A stretch of 64,000 bases of DNA from a virus (IMGVR_UViG_3300037418_002559:15999-79998); one strand, 5' to 3'. Counted from the first letter of the stretch, positions 1 to 9,367 are shown. Numbers and translations are program-made. Notes: a model not told the origin generated them from the sequence alone.

Positions 1-1
1 C

Positions 2-2071
2 CCGGAGACGTTATTTCCACGTTACGCCGGATTTCAGTTACCTTACTTCAAGCTGGACGGTTCTGTCGACGAAGGCTTTTATCGTTTCCGTCTTCTACAG
101 ACGCAACCATCCAGAGGCTTCGCGGCCATTACCGAAGAGCCGAAGAAGCCGCGCCGTTACACCCAACCGCTGAATACGCAGTGCGGCGTGTATCTACCGC
201 CTCTCTTCGACGATTCTTGGGCCGTTATTGCCAAGAACCCAGAAATAGAGATCATCATTACCGAAGGCGAGCTGAAGGCAGCCTGCGCCTGCAAAGTAGG
301 CTTCCCCACCATTGGGCTGGGCGGCGTGTATAACTGGCGCAGCAGCAAGCAGAAGCAAGAGCTACTCCCCATTCTAGAGAAATTCAACTGGCTGGGCCGC
401 AAGGTGGTCATCTGCTTTGACAGCGACGCCATGACCAATCCTATGGTGCGTATGGCGGCCAGTCGTCTGGCCTATATATTGGCCATGCGCGGCGCGCACG
501 TGAAGTTCGCCCACATTCCGGAGGGGGAAGAGGCGGAGGACGGAACCCGTAAGAAGCAGGGTCTGGACGACTTTATTTATTCCTACGTGGTTGCGGCGAC
601 TTCGTCTTCGTCGTCTAGTCGCCAGAGTCCTAACCAAAAGAAGCTGGAAGCGCTGGAGGCTGCCGGACTGGAGGCCGGGACCGAGGCCTTCTACCACGTC
701 TTGCAGGAAGCGGAGGAGCTAGGGCCGGGGCAGGAGCTGCATCGGCTGAACGACGAAGTAGCCATTATACGCACCACCGGGGAAGTGGTGGAGCTATACA
801 CCGGCAATGTATACAGCCAGTCCGTATTCAGTGATACTGTGTATCGTAACCGTAAGTATCAGGATCACGCCGATGACAGCGGGCGCATGGTCACCAAATA
901 TGCCGCCAAGGAGTGGATTGGTTGGCGTATGCGCAATGATGTGGCCGCGTTGGCCTACGAGCCTGCCTGCACCAATATGCTGACCGCTAACGGTGAGTAC
1001 AATACGTGGTACGCGCAGCGCTGGCCCTTGACGCCCAAGCGTACCGGCACCATGGCGCCGTGGGAGAAGCTGTTCAAGCAGGTATTCGGCAGCCTCACGC
1101 CGGAGCACCAAACCTGGGTGCGGCAGTGGCTGGCCTATCCAATCCAGAAGCCGGGCACTAAGCTGTACACCGCCATGCTGGTCTGGGGCAAGGGGCAAGG
1201 TACTGGTAAGACGCTTATCGGCGAGCTGATGGAGGCCATCTACGGGCGCAACTTCGGCACCGTGGATCATGACCAGTTGAGCAGCCCATTCACCGAATGG
1301 GCACACGATAAGCAATTCATACTAGGCGACGAGATATCCATCGGCGACAAGCGCGGCCTCGCCAACAAGCTCAAGGATATGATTACGCGCCGCTCTGTCA
1401 TCATCAACATCAAGAATCGTAAGACCTACCGCGTGCGCGACTGCATTAACTATTACTTTACGTCCAACAGCGAGTCGGCGCTGTATATTGAGAACGCCGA
1501 CCGGCGCTACTTTATCCATCACGTGGACCAGCAGACGCTGGATAAGGAGGAGTATATTGCCATTCGTAAGTGGTGGGATAGCGGTGGGGCTGCGCGCCTA
1601 TTCTACTACTTCCAGAACGAGGTTGACCTGACCGGATTCGAGCCGACGGCGCACGCGCCCATTACCCACGCCAAGCTGGAGATGGCCGTGGCGGGGCGTA
1701 GCGAGATTGAAGACTGGGCGCACGATCTTGTGCGCGATCCAGACAGTATTCTGCGCGGAGACAAGACCTTTGACCTATGGCGCACGGAAGACCTGCTGGA
1801 CGTGTGGGAGGCCAAGGACGGTCGTAAAGGCAAGGCCGGTAATAAGGCATTGAGCGCTGCGCTGAGTAATGCCGGAGCCTTCCGGATTGCGAATGGGCAG
1901 AATGGCGCTATTATCAATGGTGCGCGCAGTAGGTTGTGGGCGCTCCGTAATGTGGACCAGTATCGCAAAATGGGCGCAGCCCCAGCCGGTAAGATGTACG
2001 AGGCCGAGCGTCCGCAGCAGCGTATCGTCGGCGATAGTAGGAAGTTCGCCGCTGGTAAGCGGGTGCAGTAG
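2..2071 (+). CDS. DNA primase-helicase (Toprim-like N-terminal part, SF3/D5-type P-loop helicase), 5' end outside window
   Basis: Frame is open from nt 2 with no stop, so the gene continues upstream of the window. Toprim-like segment IIITEGELKAACAC...VICFDSDAMTNP. Walker A VWGKGQGTGKT. Walker B-like ILGDEISIG. TAG stop at 2069-2071. Confidence 0.8.
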   Translation, partial: PETLFPRYAGFQLPYFKLDGSVDEGFYRFRLLQTQPSRGFAAITEEPKKPRRYTQPLNTQCGVYLPPLFDDSWAVIAKNPEIEIIITEGELKAACACKVGFPTIGLGGVYNWRSSKQKQELLPILEKFNWLGRKVVICFDSDAMTNPMVRMAASRLAYILAMRGAHVKFAHIPEGEEAEDGTRKKQGLDDFIYSYVVAATSSSSSSRQSPNQKKLEALEAAGLEAGTEAFYHVLQEAEELGPGQELHRLNDEVAIIRTTGEVVELYTGNVYSQSVFSDTVYRNRKYQDHADDSGRMVTKYAAKEWIGWRMRNDVAALAYEPACTNMLTANGEYNTWYAQRWPLTPKRTGTMAPWEKLFKQVFGSLTPEHQTWVRQWLAYPIQKPGTKLYTAMLVWGKGQGTGKTLIGELMEAIYGRNFGTVDHDQLSSPFTEWAHDKQFILGDEISIGDKRGLANKLKDMITRRSVIINIKNRKTYRVRDCINYYFTSNSESALYIENADRRYFIHHVDQQTLDKEEYIAIRKWWDSGGAARLFYYFQNEVDLTGFEPTAHAPITHAKLEMAVAGRSEIEDWAHDLVRDPDSILRGDKTFDLWRTEDLLDVWEAKDGRKGKAGNKALSAALSNAGAFRIANGQNGAIINGARSRLWALRNVDQYRKMGAAPAGKMYEAERPQQRIVGDSRKFAAGKRVQ

Positions 2072-2135
2072 GACGCAGGGACGCAGGGACGCAGGGACGC
2101 AGGGACGCAGGGACGCAGGGACGCAGGGACGCAGG
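2072..2135. repeat. Perfect tandem repeat, 8 copies of the 8-mer GACGCAGG
   Basis: Read directly from the sequence. The repeat starts 1 nt after the primase-helicase stop. The last copy runs into the SD (GGAGG) of the next small ORF. Confidence 0.9.
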
Positions 2136-2143
2136 AGGAATGG

Positions 2144-2305
2144 ATGGAGCACGACGGCGAGATCGAAGTAGGCTGGACTAAGGACTGTCGGGTCTACGTG
2201 ACGAATATAGAGTACACCACTATGTTGCTCACGCCCGAGAAGACGGAAGAGTTTGCGGCGCTGCTGCTGGCTGGCGCCAAGAAGGCGCGGAGGCAGTTGC
2301 AGTGA
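2144..2305 (+). CDS. hypothetical small protein (53 aa)
   Basis: GGAGG SD followed by ATG. The stop overlaps the next start (GTGATG). Below the 60-aa cutoff of the ORF track. Confidence 0.4.
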   Translation: MEHDGEIEVGWTKDCRVYVTNIEYTTMLLTPEKTEEFAALLLAGAKKARRQLQ

Positions 2306-2553
2306 TGGCACTACAAGGAGAGACAGCGATGAGTATGGACAATCCGTGGTACAAGGAAGAATTCCTGAAGCCTCGCCGCCGCGAGGCTGATGACTACCGC
2401 AGGTATTATCTAGGCGAATGGCGCGTCGAGACGCCGCAGCCTTTGGCCGCCGGGCGGCTGGCGGAACTAGCCAGCGAGCCCAGCATTGCGGAGAATGAGG
2501 AGGTCGCTTCCATGGCGTGCGAGCTGCTGCGGCAGAGGGAGCGCGAGCGATGA
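2305..2553 (+). CDS. hypothetical protein
   Basis: ATG at 2305; the track reports a GTG at 2302. Overlaps the next gene by ATGA. Confidence 0.5.
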   Translation: MALQGETAMSMDNPWYKEEFLKPRRREADDYRRYYLGEWRVETPQPLAAGRLAELASEPSIAENEEVASMACELLRQRERER

Positions 2554-2804
2554 GGGCGAAGGTCAAGTCGTTGGAGGAGGTGGCGCGGTGCGCGCCAGAC
2601 GTGGTTTGCTGCGCGGGGAGCAGGGCGGCGCAGCGCAGCGCACAGGGCATGGAGATCGAACTGGCCGGCGACTTCGTGCTGATGGCGTTCAAGTGCGCGT
2701 TCTGCGGAATTTCGGTCGCGTCCAAGCACTGCGGCGTGGTCGGCCAGCCGTTCCAGTGGGTGGACGCGCGCGTAATCGACATCGACGAGGGGAGCGCGGG
2801 CTGA
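2550..2804 (+). CDS. hypothetical Cys-containing small protein
   Basis: ATGA-coupled start. Contains FKCAFCG. Confidence 0.5.
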   Translation: MRAKVKSLEEVARCAPDVVCCAGSRAAQRSAQGMEIELAGDFVLMAFKCAFCGISVASKHCGVVGQPFQWVDARVIDIDEGSAG

Positions 2805-2951
2805 CCGGCGCGGAACGCAAGGCGTTGCGGCAGAGTAGGCGCAAGGCGCTGCTCAGAGGCCTTCTATGTTTACCAGTGCCTCCGCCGTCAGAGCTGCTGC
2901 GGGATTTCTACGCGCGGGTGCGTAAGAGCGAGGGTAAGGAAAGGCGGGCAG

Positions 2952-3332
2952 ATGCTGAGATTCGGCGTTGCACCGTATCTGGAATGCAGTAGTCGTGGTG
3001 ACCGCAGATTCAGTGCGTTTTATGCGCAAGTGCGCGCCTGCGGCGGGCGCACCATCGAGGATGTGTATCAGGGAGCCAAGGTGTTTTCTGACGGCAGCAC
3101 CGGGCTGCTTCCCTGCGCGGCCAAGGGACGGCGCTGCGTCAACCAAGAGGAGGTGCGCGCCTTGTACGCCGACCTGTGGGACTGCTACATGGAAGAGAAT
3201 CCACATCTAATGCCATTGATCACGCGGGCGTCCGGCCTGAGCGACTTGTTCGGGCAGGAGGGTCATGCGTGTCAGGCCGAGGAGCTGTGGCGCATACGGG
3301 CCGGGGTGCAGAAAGGAGCCGCGAATGAATAG
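2952..3332 (+). CDS. hypothetical protein
   Basis: ATG preceded by GGAAAGG. 126 aa. Confidence 0.5.
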   Translation: MLRFGVAPYLECSSRGDRRFSAFYAQVRACGGRTIEDVYQGAKVFSDGSTGLLPCAAKGRRCVNQEEVRALYADLWDCYMEENPHLMPLITRASGLSDLFGQEGHACQAEELWRIRAGVQKGAANE

Positions 3333-3744
3333 AAGAGAGCTGTTCCAAGTAGTCGCGCTGTTGGCTGGTGCTGCCACAATGAAGCCCGACCTGTTGGCGG
3401 AGGTGCTGCCGCGTGAGTCCACGCTGCCGCTCAGCGAGCTGGTCGATGTGCAAGTAGTGCTTACTCCGTGCGCTCCGCCTTGGCCGACCTACGCCAGTAT
3501 GCTGGCGGCTCTGCTTGAAGGATATGAAGCCTTGTTCGGCGTGCGACCGGCGGCAGGCTCGTCCGACTATGTGATGCTAGAGGAAGTGGCTAGGCTTGGA
3601 TGGCAGACACAAGAAAATCTTCGCGCGCTGTTATTGGCGTCTTCTCCGCTGACGGCCATCGGCGAGGACCTGGACCGACTCGCCAAGTCGGGCAGGCGCG
3701 ACGGAGAGACGGACGAAGAGCTGAGAAAGAGGATTCTGGCATGA
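3325..3744 (+). CDS. hypothetical protein
   Basis: AAAGGAG SD 5 nt before the ATG at 3325. Confidence 0.5.
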   Translation: MNRRELFQVVALLAGAATMKPDLLAEVLPRESTLPLSELVDVQVVLTPCAPPWPTYASMLAALLEGYEALFGVRPAAGSSDYVMLEEVARLGWQTQENLRALLLASSPLTAIGEDLDRLAKSGRRDGETDEELRKRILA

Positions 3745-3950
3745 CCAAGGGCGAAGTGGCCAAGGCGGTGCGCGAAGCGCTACATCGATTGGACGAGTGG
3801 CAGGAGGCGACTGGCGCGCTGGAAGGCGGCTACGAGGGCGAGGCCGCGAGCATTGTGGAGGACGCCGTGCACATCGGCATAAGGGCCGCGCTGGGACTGC
3901 TCTATGTCGGGCTGGAGGACGCGGCGCTGCGCACGGAGGCGGAGGGATGA
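3741..3950 (+). CDS. hypothetical small protein
   Basis: ATGA overlap start. Confidence 0.45.
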   Translation: MTKGEVAKAVREALHRLDEWQEATGALEGGYEGEAASIVEDAVHIGIRAALGLLYVGLEDAALRTEAEG

Positions 3951-4234
3951 GGACCGGGGACTGGGTTCGACTCACGGAGTACGGAGTGGCGGAGATCGAC
4001 GTGGCGGCGCGGGCAGTACAGGCGGCGTTTTGCGGCTACGACGAGCTCGCTGTGCATGCTGACATGCGGGGCTTGCTCACTAAAGATTTTGGTGACGGCC
4101 TGTTCGAGTGCAAGTTTACGCGCCTGAGCGTGGTCGTCGACGCGCGTATGGTGGAAAGGTGGTGCAGTGGCCCTGACAGAGCAAGAGATGGCGTATGTCG
4201 GCGAAGCAAATGGTCAAACTTCACTTGTTTATGA
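3947..4234 (+). CDS. hypothetical protein
   Basis: ATGA overlap start. Confidence 0.45.
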   Translation: MRTGDWVRLTEYGVAEIDVAARAVQAAFCGYDELAVHADMRGLLTKDFGDGLFECKFTRLSVVVDARMVERWCSGPDRARDGVCRRSKWSNFTCL

Positions 4235-4353
4235 TGGAGCGACTGCGATGAAGGTCCTGGTATACGTCAGTATTGTACTAAGCATTCTTCTCACACTGTG
4301 TATTATTACGCAAGGCTTATAATGGTTACAGGCGTTTGAAGGACGTCTACCAC

Positions 4354-4863
4354 ATGAAAACAGAATTGGAAGCATTCGAGTCCGACTCCGTCGGCAGCAA
4401 CCTGCTAGACCTATCCTGGGCAACTTGGACACAGATGGCGCAAATCGTACGTGCCATTTGGCACGAGACCAAGCGCCGCAATCCTCTCGGCGTGAATATC
4501 TACAATGGCGCCTTCTTCGCCTGCTTTACCGCGCTGGCCGAGATCGCCGAGGCGGAGGCCACTCATCCGACAGCGGAGCACGCTCCGTTCTTGGCGAAGT
4601 ATCCGAACATCGCGCGGCTGCTCGCCGAGGACAGGGCGCTGCACGGCGAGAGCTCGGCCACCGATCCGGCCTGCGCGGAGGGTGTGGACTCCAACGACGT
4701 GGAGTCGCTGGACGTGTGGCTCGGCACCCTGACGCCGCAGCAGCGCGAGACCTTGCTTCTGGGCGAGGACGAGTCGTTCTCCGCGCTGTTGACAGAGTCG
4801 CCGCAGAACGCGCGCGGTGAGCACGTCGGCATGCTGTTGAATGATCTTTGGGAGGTGCTGTGA
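4354..4863 (+). CDS. hypothetical acidic protein
   Basis: Internal ATG of track ORF 4336. Confidence 0.5.
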   Translation: MKTELEAFESDSVGSNLLDLSWATWTQMAQIVRAIWHETKRRNPLGVNIYNGAFFACFTALAEIAEAEATHPTAEHAPFLAKYPNIARLLAEDRALHGESSATDPACAEGVDSNDVESLDVWLGTLTPQQRETLLLGEDESFSALLTESPQNARGEHVGMLLNDLWEVL

Positions 4864-5039
4864 TGGCGCAGAAGCTGAAGTTTGATTACCCCGATGGGCA
4901 GATTCCGATCGCGTTCACGCGGGCACAGATTCAGGCTCTGTACGCATTTCTAACGGAGCACGACGCAGCGGAGCGCATCAAGAGCGTATACCGCAAGGTG
5001 GAGGACAATACACCACTGGAACTGCGAGGTGCGCGATGA
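4863..5039 (+). CDS. hypothetical small protein
   Basis: GGAGG SD; the start overlaps the upstream TGA. Confidence 0.45.
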   Translation: MAQKLKFDYPDGQIPIAFTRAQIQALYAFLTEHDAAERIKSVYRKVEDNTPLELRGAR

Positions 5040-5242
5040 TGTTCGATTCTGATACGATGGCTTCGTACTACCTTGACGATGCCATGATGGCGCACGAGGA
5101 AGACGACGAGCGGAGTGTAAGCTGCCGCTACTGCGGTAAGGACGGGTTCCACTGGGTCGAGACCAAGACCGGCTGGCGACTGTTCGACGCCGAGGGCGAA
5201 CTGCACAATTGCGCGGCGTACGGTAAGAAGGAGCAGCGATGA
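5036..5242 (+). CDS. zinc-ribbon small protein
   Basis: CRYCG...HNCAAYG; ATGA overlap. Confidence 0.5.
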   Translation: MMFDSDTMASYYLDDAMMAHEEDDERSVSCRYCGKDGFHWVETKTGWRLFDAEGELHNCAAYGKKEQR

Positions 5243-5469
5243 AGACCAAAGCAATCATGGTGCCGTGCCCCGGCGTCATCAACGATGGCCTTTTCGGCCA
5301 CAGCATGCGTGACAGCTGTCACAGCTGTGCGCCGTTCTGGGAGCAGTACCCTGTCTGCCCGGTTCATAAGCTGAAGCTGTCACAGGCGCTGTACTGCCGC
5401 ACATGCAAGCGTTACTACGCTGAACCGGAGCAGTTAGTTGGATTTGCGCGCTCCAACGAAAGGAAGTAG
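5239..5469 (+). CDS. zinc-ribbon small protein
   Basis: CPG...HSC..C...CP...CRTCKRYY; ATGA overlap. Confidence 0.5.
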   Translation: MKTKAIMVPCPGVINDGLFGHSMRDSCHSCAPFWEQYPVCPVHKLKLSQALYCRTCKRYYAEPEQLVGFARSNERK

Positions 5470-5471
5470 CC

Positions 5472-5813
5472 ATGAATAAAACGTATCGTATTCGCGTAAC
5501 GGAGTACAACGATATAGAGGCGGCTACGGCGGAGCAGGCCGTTGCCAAATTCCACGATAAATTACTACAAAGAATCAATATGGGCGGTGCCTTGGATACG
5601 AAGGTCACGCTCGTTGCCGAGATCGACGACGGCGAGGAGACGGAGCGCTCTGCGGAGGATCGCCCCGACAGTGCGGCGGCGCTGCCCGAAAAATACGAAT
5701 GCGCTCTCTGCGGCAAGAAGAGCGCCAGTTCCAGCTGGGTAGAGCCGTGCCCGAAGCGCGACCACGGATTCAGGCACGTGTGGCGGTTGAGACCGGGAAT
5801 GGAGTTCAAATGA
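5472..5813 (+). CDS. hypothetical protein
   Basis: AGGAAG SD; C-terminal CALCGK. Confidence 0.5.
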   Translation: MNKTYRIRVTEYNDIEAATAEQAVAKFHDKLLQRINMGGALDTKVTLVAEIDDGEETERSAEDRPDSAAALPEKYECALCGKKSASSSWVEPCPKRDHGFRHVWRLRPGMEFK

Positions 5814-6103
5814 TAATGCATCCGGCGGTGGTGAATTGGGTCGTGGAGGGCAAGTGTGCGCAGCTGGAGGAAACCAAGCAGCGGCAGCTGTGGTCGACGA
5901 CGAATCCGGTTCTGCGACGCAGTATCTCTCGCGCCTACAACGCCATGATCAGGGAAGAACGCAAACGCTACGCCACTGTGAAGGTGGTGCGCACGAAGAA
6001 GGTCCGGCGGCTCTGCTACGACGGCGAGAAGCCGTCGATGGGCACCGGACCGTTCGCCACCGTGGAAGAGGCGGTTGCGTGGTTTCTGGACGGAGGAAGA
6101 TAA
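5810..6103 (+). CDS. hypothetical protein
   Basis: ATGA-coupled start. Confidence 0.5.
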   Translation: MIMHPAVVNWVVEGKCAQLEETKQRQLWSTTNPVLRRSISRAYNAMIREERKRYATVKVVRTKKVRRLCYDGEKPSMGTGPFATVEEAVAWFLDGGR

Positions 6104-6438
6104 TGCCATACGACGAAGCGGTGAAGCAAAGGGCGTACGAGCTGGACCCAGAGTGCTGGGAGAGCTACATCGGCAAGCCGAAGGAGTTCAAGCGCGCCAT
6201 GGACGCGCGGCGAACGGCGGCGCTACGCAAGGCTCGCCGCATTGCCAAGATTGAGGAGGCGAACCTGTGCACTAGTTGCGTGCCCAGCATGAAGCCAACG
6301 TTGGACAATGCGGCGCTGCAGATGCTGCTGGCAGTGACGCTGGGCAAGCTGGCCGAGCTGTGCCACGTGCTCCCGCACGCGGACGACTGGACGGAGCAGT
6401 TCATGGAACTACGCGACGAGATCGCGTGGAGGGCTTGA
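6103..6438 (+). CDS. hypothetical protein
   Basis: GGAGG SD then ATG. The start was derived from the protein length in the track. Confidence 0.5.
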   Translation: MPYDEAVKQRAYELDPECWESYIGKPKEFKRAMDARRTAALRKARRIAKIEEANLCTSCVPSMKPTLDNAALQMLLAVTLGKLAELCHVLPHADDWTEQFMELRDEIAWRA

Positions 6439-6439
6439 C

Positions 6440-6739
6440 ATGGTCGCGACGCAGTACATCTATTATGCGGCTTGCCCCGACTGCGGAGCACCGTTCGAGG
6501 TTGTAAGGCGCAAGGTGACGGGCGGCGTGCTGCTAACGCACATCAACGGCGGCATCTGGGAGAGCGTGCAGTTCGCCTGCGGTCGCGAGGACGCCTACGT
6601 GCCGAATTTCTGCAAGATCATTACGGAGCGGCCCTGTAGCCGCACGCCAGTAGCCTTGGAGCGCCGCGCGAAGCGCAAGGCGGATTTGGACGAAGAAGTT
6701 CGGAAAAAGGTGTTTCACCAACTGAGGATGGTACTATGA
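6440..6739 (+). CDS. zinc-ribbon small protein
   Basis: CPDCGAPF...C motif. Confidence 0.5.
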   Translation: MVATQYIYYAACPDCGAPFEVVRRKVTGGVLLTHINGGIWESVQFACGREDAYVPNFCKIITERPCSRTPVALERRAKRKADLDEEVRKKVFHQLRMVL

Positions 6740-6921
6740 AGTACATCGCGAAGCTCACGGCCTCCACGCACACCATCGAGGCTGACAGTATTACCGTCAC
6801 TGGTGAGACCGTCATGTTCCACAAGGAGAGCCGCATCATCGGCGTGGCGCGCCTGAGCAACGGCGACGCTGTGTATGCTGAGGAATCGGTAAGAACCAAC
6901 GAAGCAAATCCAGTCTTGTAA
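6736..6921 (+). CDS. hypothetical small protein
   Basis: ATGA overlap. Confidence 0.4.
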   Translation: MKYIAKLTASTHTIEADSITVTGETVMFHKESRIIGVARLSNGDAVYAEESVRTNEANPVL

Positions 6922-6976
6922 GGCGGAAGCACGAAGAGTTTCGGGGCAAGGCACTCTACCAAATGAAAGGGCTATT

Positions 6977-7171
6977 ATGAAGAGCGAAGAGATAAGGGCT
7001 GCTTCGGCGGCCATCGTGACAGAAATCAACGAGGAGATGCGCTCCGAGCAGCCTATGGACTACCTGCTGCTCAAGGCAGCGTGCCTGGAGGCGCAGATGC
7101 TAGGAGAGATCGCGGCACAGCTGGCCCAGATGAACGAGCGCGCCGAGAAGAAGTCCGAGAGGAAACGATGA
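6977..7171 (+). CDS. hypothetical small protein
   Basis: ORF track entry. Confidence 0.4.
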   Translation: MKSEEIRAASAAIVTEINEEMRSEQPMDYLLLKAACLEAQMLGEIAAQLAQMNERAEKKSERKR

Positions 7172-7443
7172 AATACGTCATGGCGGAGGTTTCGCAAGGT
7201 TCCTTGCGGCGCAGCGTGCCGTGCGTGTTCCCGAACGAGCTGGTGCATGTGGTCATGGCGTCATACTTCAAGCAAGCACTGGAACACCATGGCTATACTG
7301 ACGTGGAGTTCGTTTCGGCGGGTGAGGTCACGCTGTTCGGCGCGGGCGTCGAGTGCAGCGGCAGTAGCGAGACGTTGAAGTTGTCAGCCCGCGAGAGCGA
7401 CGCACGTACCATCGAGATGTATGATTATTTGCATGGGGTATAA
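7168..7443 (+). CDS. hypothetical protein
   Basis: ATGA overlap start. Confidence 0.45.
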   Translation: MKYVMAEVSQGSLRRSVPCVFPNELVHVVMASYFKQALEHHGYTDVEFVSAGEVTLFGAGVECSGSSETLKLSARESDARTIEMYDYLHGV

Positions 7444-7445
7444 CC

Positions 7446-7619
7446 ATGGCGGCAAAGAAGAAGGAAGATATCGCAGTAAGAGCGCTGGAGGAAATCGTGC
7501 GGCTGGACTTCAATCGCAACGAGGACGGCAGTACCAACTTATACAGCGGTGCGCCTAACTTCGTCCGGGCGTGGTTGTTTGCAAGGGAAGCGCTGGACAA
7601 GCTGAAGGAGACAAGATGA
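7446..7619 (+). CDS. hypothetical small protein (57 aa)
   Basis: ATG 2 nt after the upstream stop. Its stop overlaps the next ATG. Confidence 0.35.
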   Translation: MAAKKKEDIAVRALEEIVRLDFNRNEDGSTNLYSGAPNFVRAWLFAREALDKLKETR

Positions 7620-7822
7620 CGCAAGTACAGATAGCCGAATTAGCGACGGCGCGCAATGCGCTCGAAGAAAAGCGCTTGGCGTATGAAGAAGCGAAACTGG
7701 TTTGGCAGCCAGTCATAGCGGCGTTCAGGTCCGCCTGCGACCACAAGAACCCAGACGGCAGCAGCGCCGTGGAGACCGGGTTTATATACGACACCTGCCT
7801 TATCTGCTCCAGGGACGTCTAG
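7616..7822 (+). CDS. hypothetical small protein
   Basis: ATGA overlap start. Confidence 0.4.
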   Translation: MTQVQIAELATARNALEEKRLAYEEAKLVWQPVIAAFRSACDHKNPDGSSAVETGFIYDTCLICSRDV

Positions 7823-7824
7823 CC

Positions 7825-7995
7825 ATGAACATGTGGACTTTGGTGAAGGCATTACTCTTGAAGGACTTGATTGGATTCTGTATCGGTGTCGCGTTCGTGG
7901 CGCTGTTCGCTCTTGTGGCTGCGCTCGTGGCTTGGCGTGAACAGGTCTGGGACAAGAAGCATCCATACGCGGTGCGAAAAGGAGAGAAGCGATGA
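7825..7995 (+). CDS. small membrane protein (one TM helix)
   Basis: Hydrophobic GFCIGVAFVALFALVAALVA segment. Confidence 0.4.
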   Translation: MNMWTLVKALLLKDLIGFCIGVAFVALFALVAALVAWREQVWDKKHPYAVRKGEKR

Positions 7996-8222
7996 CCAAG
8001 GTATGGGACTGCGTGGCGGTTAGCTGTCCGTCTTGCGACGCGGAGCCGGGGCAGCGGTGTCAACCACGCAAGCAGCGCAGCATGCGGAAGGAAGTGGATT
8101 ACCCGCACGTGGCGCGGCTCAGAAAGCACCGACGGACTGGCGCTGAGGCCCCGTTGATGGAAAACGCCAAGCTGTTCTTGCTAGCAAGATTCGTTAAAAG
8201 GAGTACGGGTGACAGAGGATGA
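7992..8222 (+). CDS. zinc-finger small protein
   Basis: CPSCDAEPGQRC. Confidence 0.4.
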   Translation: MTKVWDCVAVSCPSCDAEPGQRCQPRKQRSMRKEVDYPHVARLRKHRRTGAEAPLMENAKLFLLARFVKRSTGDRG

Positions 8223-9126
8223 GACGACCGCGCATATTCGGGCAGCGTTGGCTGGCGGTCAAGACTCTTACACGGCGCTTCACAAAGAAGTAACGAAGAT
8301 AGTGAAGCCCGTCAGCTATAAGTTCTTCCATGGCTCCGCTGAGGGCGAGGACTTCGAATGTGAAGCGGCCACGCACGTGCTTATGCGGCTAGACAAGTTC
8401 AACGGGGATTCTAGATTTTCCACTTGGGTCACGCGTGTGGCTCTTAATGAAGCACACGAAAGATTTCGTGGCAAGGCCAAGCATCATCGTGCCTTGTTGT
8501 CATACGACGCGGCGGAGGAGGAATCGGGGAAATCGCTGATAGCGACCTTCGCGGATCCAAGTGATGCGTACGCACAGATAGAAGTGAAGCAACTACTGGC
8601 CGTCGTGCTCGGCAGTCTCAGCGCGGAGAGCCAGTATCTGTTGACGGCGAAATACATGCAAGGCTACAGAAGCCAATACATGGCCGACGAATTGGGCATT
8701 ACGCTGGCCGCTTTGAAGGCACGCGTACACAGAGCACTACTGGAGGCAAGAACGATTATGGAAGGTCTTAATAATGGCACCAGTGCCCCACTGCACGCGA
8801 GCGCGCCAGCCGAGCTTGTGCCGGTCAACCCACGCAGCGGCAATCGACTAATTACGTGCGCCTGCGGCTGCAATCTGACTTGCGAGGCCACGGGACCGCG
8901 CCAGAAATACATCCCCGGTCATGCGCCGACGCCAGCGCCGGTGAAGACAGCGCGCGGCGACAAGATGAAGGCGTTCCCACACCTTGCGCCGCGCGCACAA
9001 GAAACTGTGCAGCTCAGCGTGCCGGTCAAAGCGCTGGACCACCTGCTCTCCATGCTGCCTGCCAAGACCAAGGCCAAGGCCGTGGAGTCCGCGCTGGCGG
9101 AGATGTACGCGCAGGCGGGAGAATAA
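8209..9126 (+). CDS. ECF-type RNA polymerase sigma factor with ~110-aa Cys-containing C-terminal extension
   Basis: GTG start after AAAGGAG. Region 2 FSTWVTRVALNEAHERFR resembles the FSTWLYRIARN consensus. Region 4 HTH LLTAKYMQGYRSQYMADELGITLAALKARVHRAL. C-terminal CACGCNLTC. Confidence 0.7.
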   Translation: MTEDETTAHIRAALAGGQDSYTALHKEVTKIVKPVSYKFFHGSAEGEDFECEAATHVLMRLDKFNGDSRFSTWVTRVALNEAHERFRGKAKHHRALLSYDAAEEESGKSLIATFADPSDAYAQIEVKQLLAVVLGSLSAESQYLLTAKYMQGYRSQYMADELGITLAALKARVHRALLEARTIMEGLNNGTSAPLHASAPAELVPVNPRSGNRLITCACGCNLTCEATGPRQKYIPGHAPTPAPVKTARGDKMKAFPHLAPRAQETVQLSVPVKALDHLLSMLPAKTKAKAVESALAEMYAQAGE

Positions 9127-9130
9127 GACG

Positions 9131-9367
9131 ATGAGAAATGGAATCAAGGTGACGGCGTTCTTATTGGTTTGGTGGATATGCGGGCTAAGTGGCTTCTGGT
9201 ATTGGGAAGGTACGAAATTCGACGTCCATGCGTCTGAGCTGCCACTGGTCTTCATGGTGGGCGCGGCTGGACCTTTGTCATGGGTAATCGGCTGGAGCGA
9301 TAGCGATAGCGAGCACGACCCGATAGTGATCCACCGGAGAAAGTCGAGGGCTGCAGATGGAAGCTGA
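9131..9367 (+). CDS. small membrane protein
   Basis: TM segment VTAFLLVWWICGLSGFWYW. Confidence 0.4.
   Translation: MRNGIKVTAFLLVWWICGLSGFWYWEGTKFDVHASELPLVFMVGAAGPLSWVIGWSDSDSEHDPIVIHRRKSRAADGS

Noticed and set aside
2072-2135. 8-bp tandem repeat considered as a CRISPR array
   Set aside because: The repeats are contiguous with no spacers and the unit is only 8 nt. It is not a CRISPR array.
1775-2782. 335-aa minus-strand ORF overlapping the primase-helicase 3' end and downstream small genes
   Set aside because: It is antisense to well-supported plus-strand genes in GC-rich DNA. It is Pro/Arg/Ala-rich with no SD, which is typical of spurious high-GC ORFs.
2486-2992. 168-aa Arg/Gly-rich plus-strand ORF from the track
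   Set aside because: It lies in a different frame from the SD-supported genes 2550-2804 and 2952-3332 and has Arg-rich low complexity. Only its 3' part (about 2801-2992) could be real, and that would need a CTG start.
5279-6109. 276-aa minus-strand ORF
   Set aside because: It is antisense to translationally coupled plus-strand small genes and has low-complexity Ser/Ala/Arg composition.
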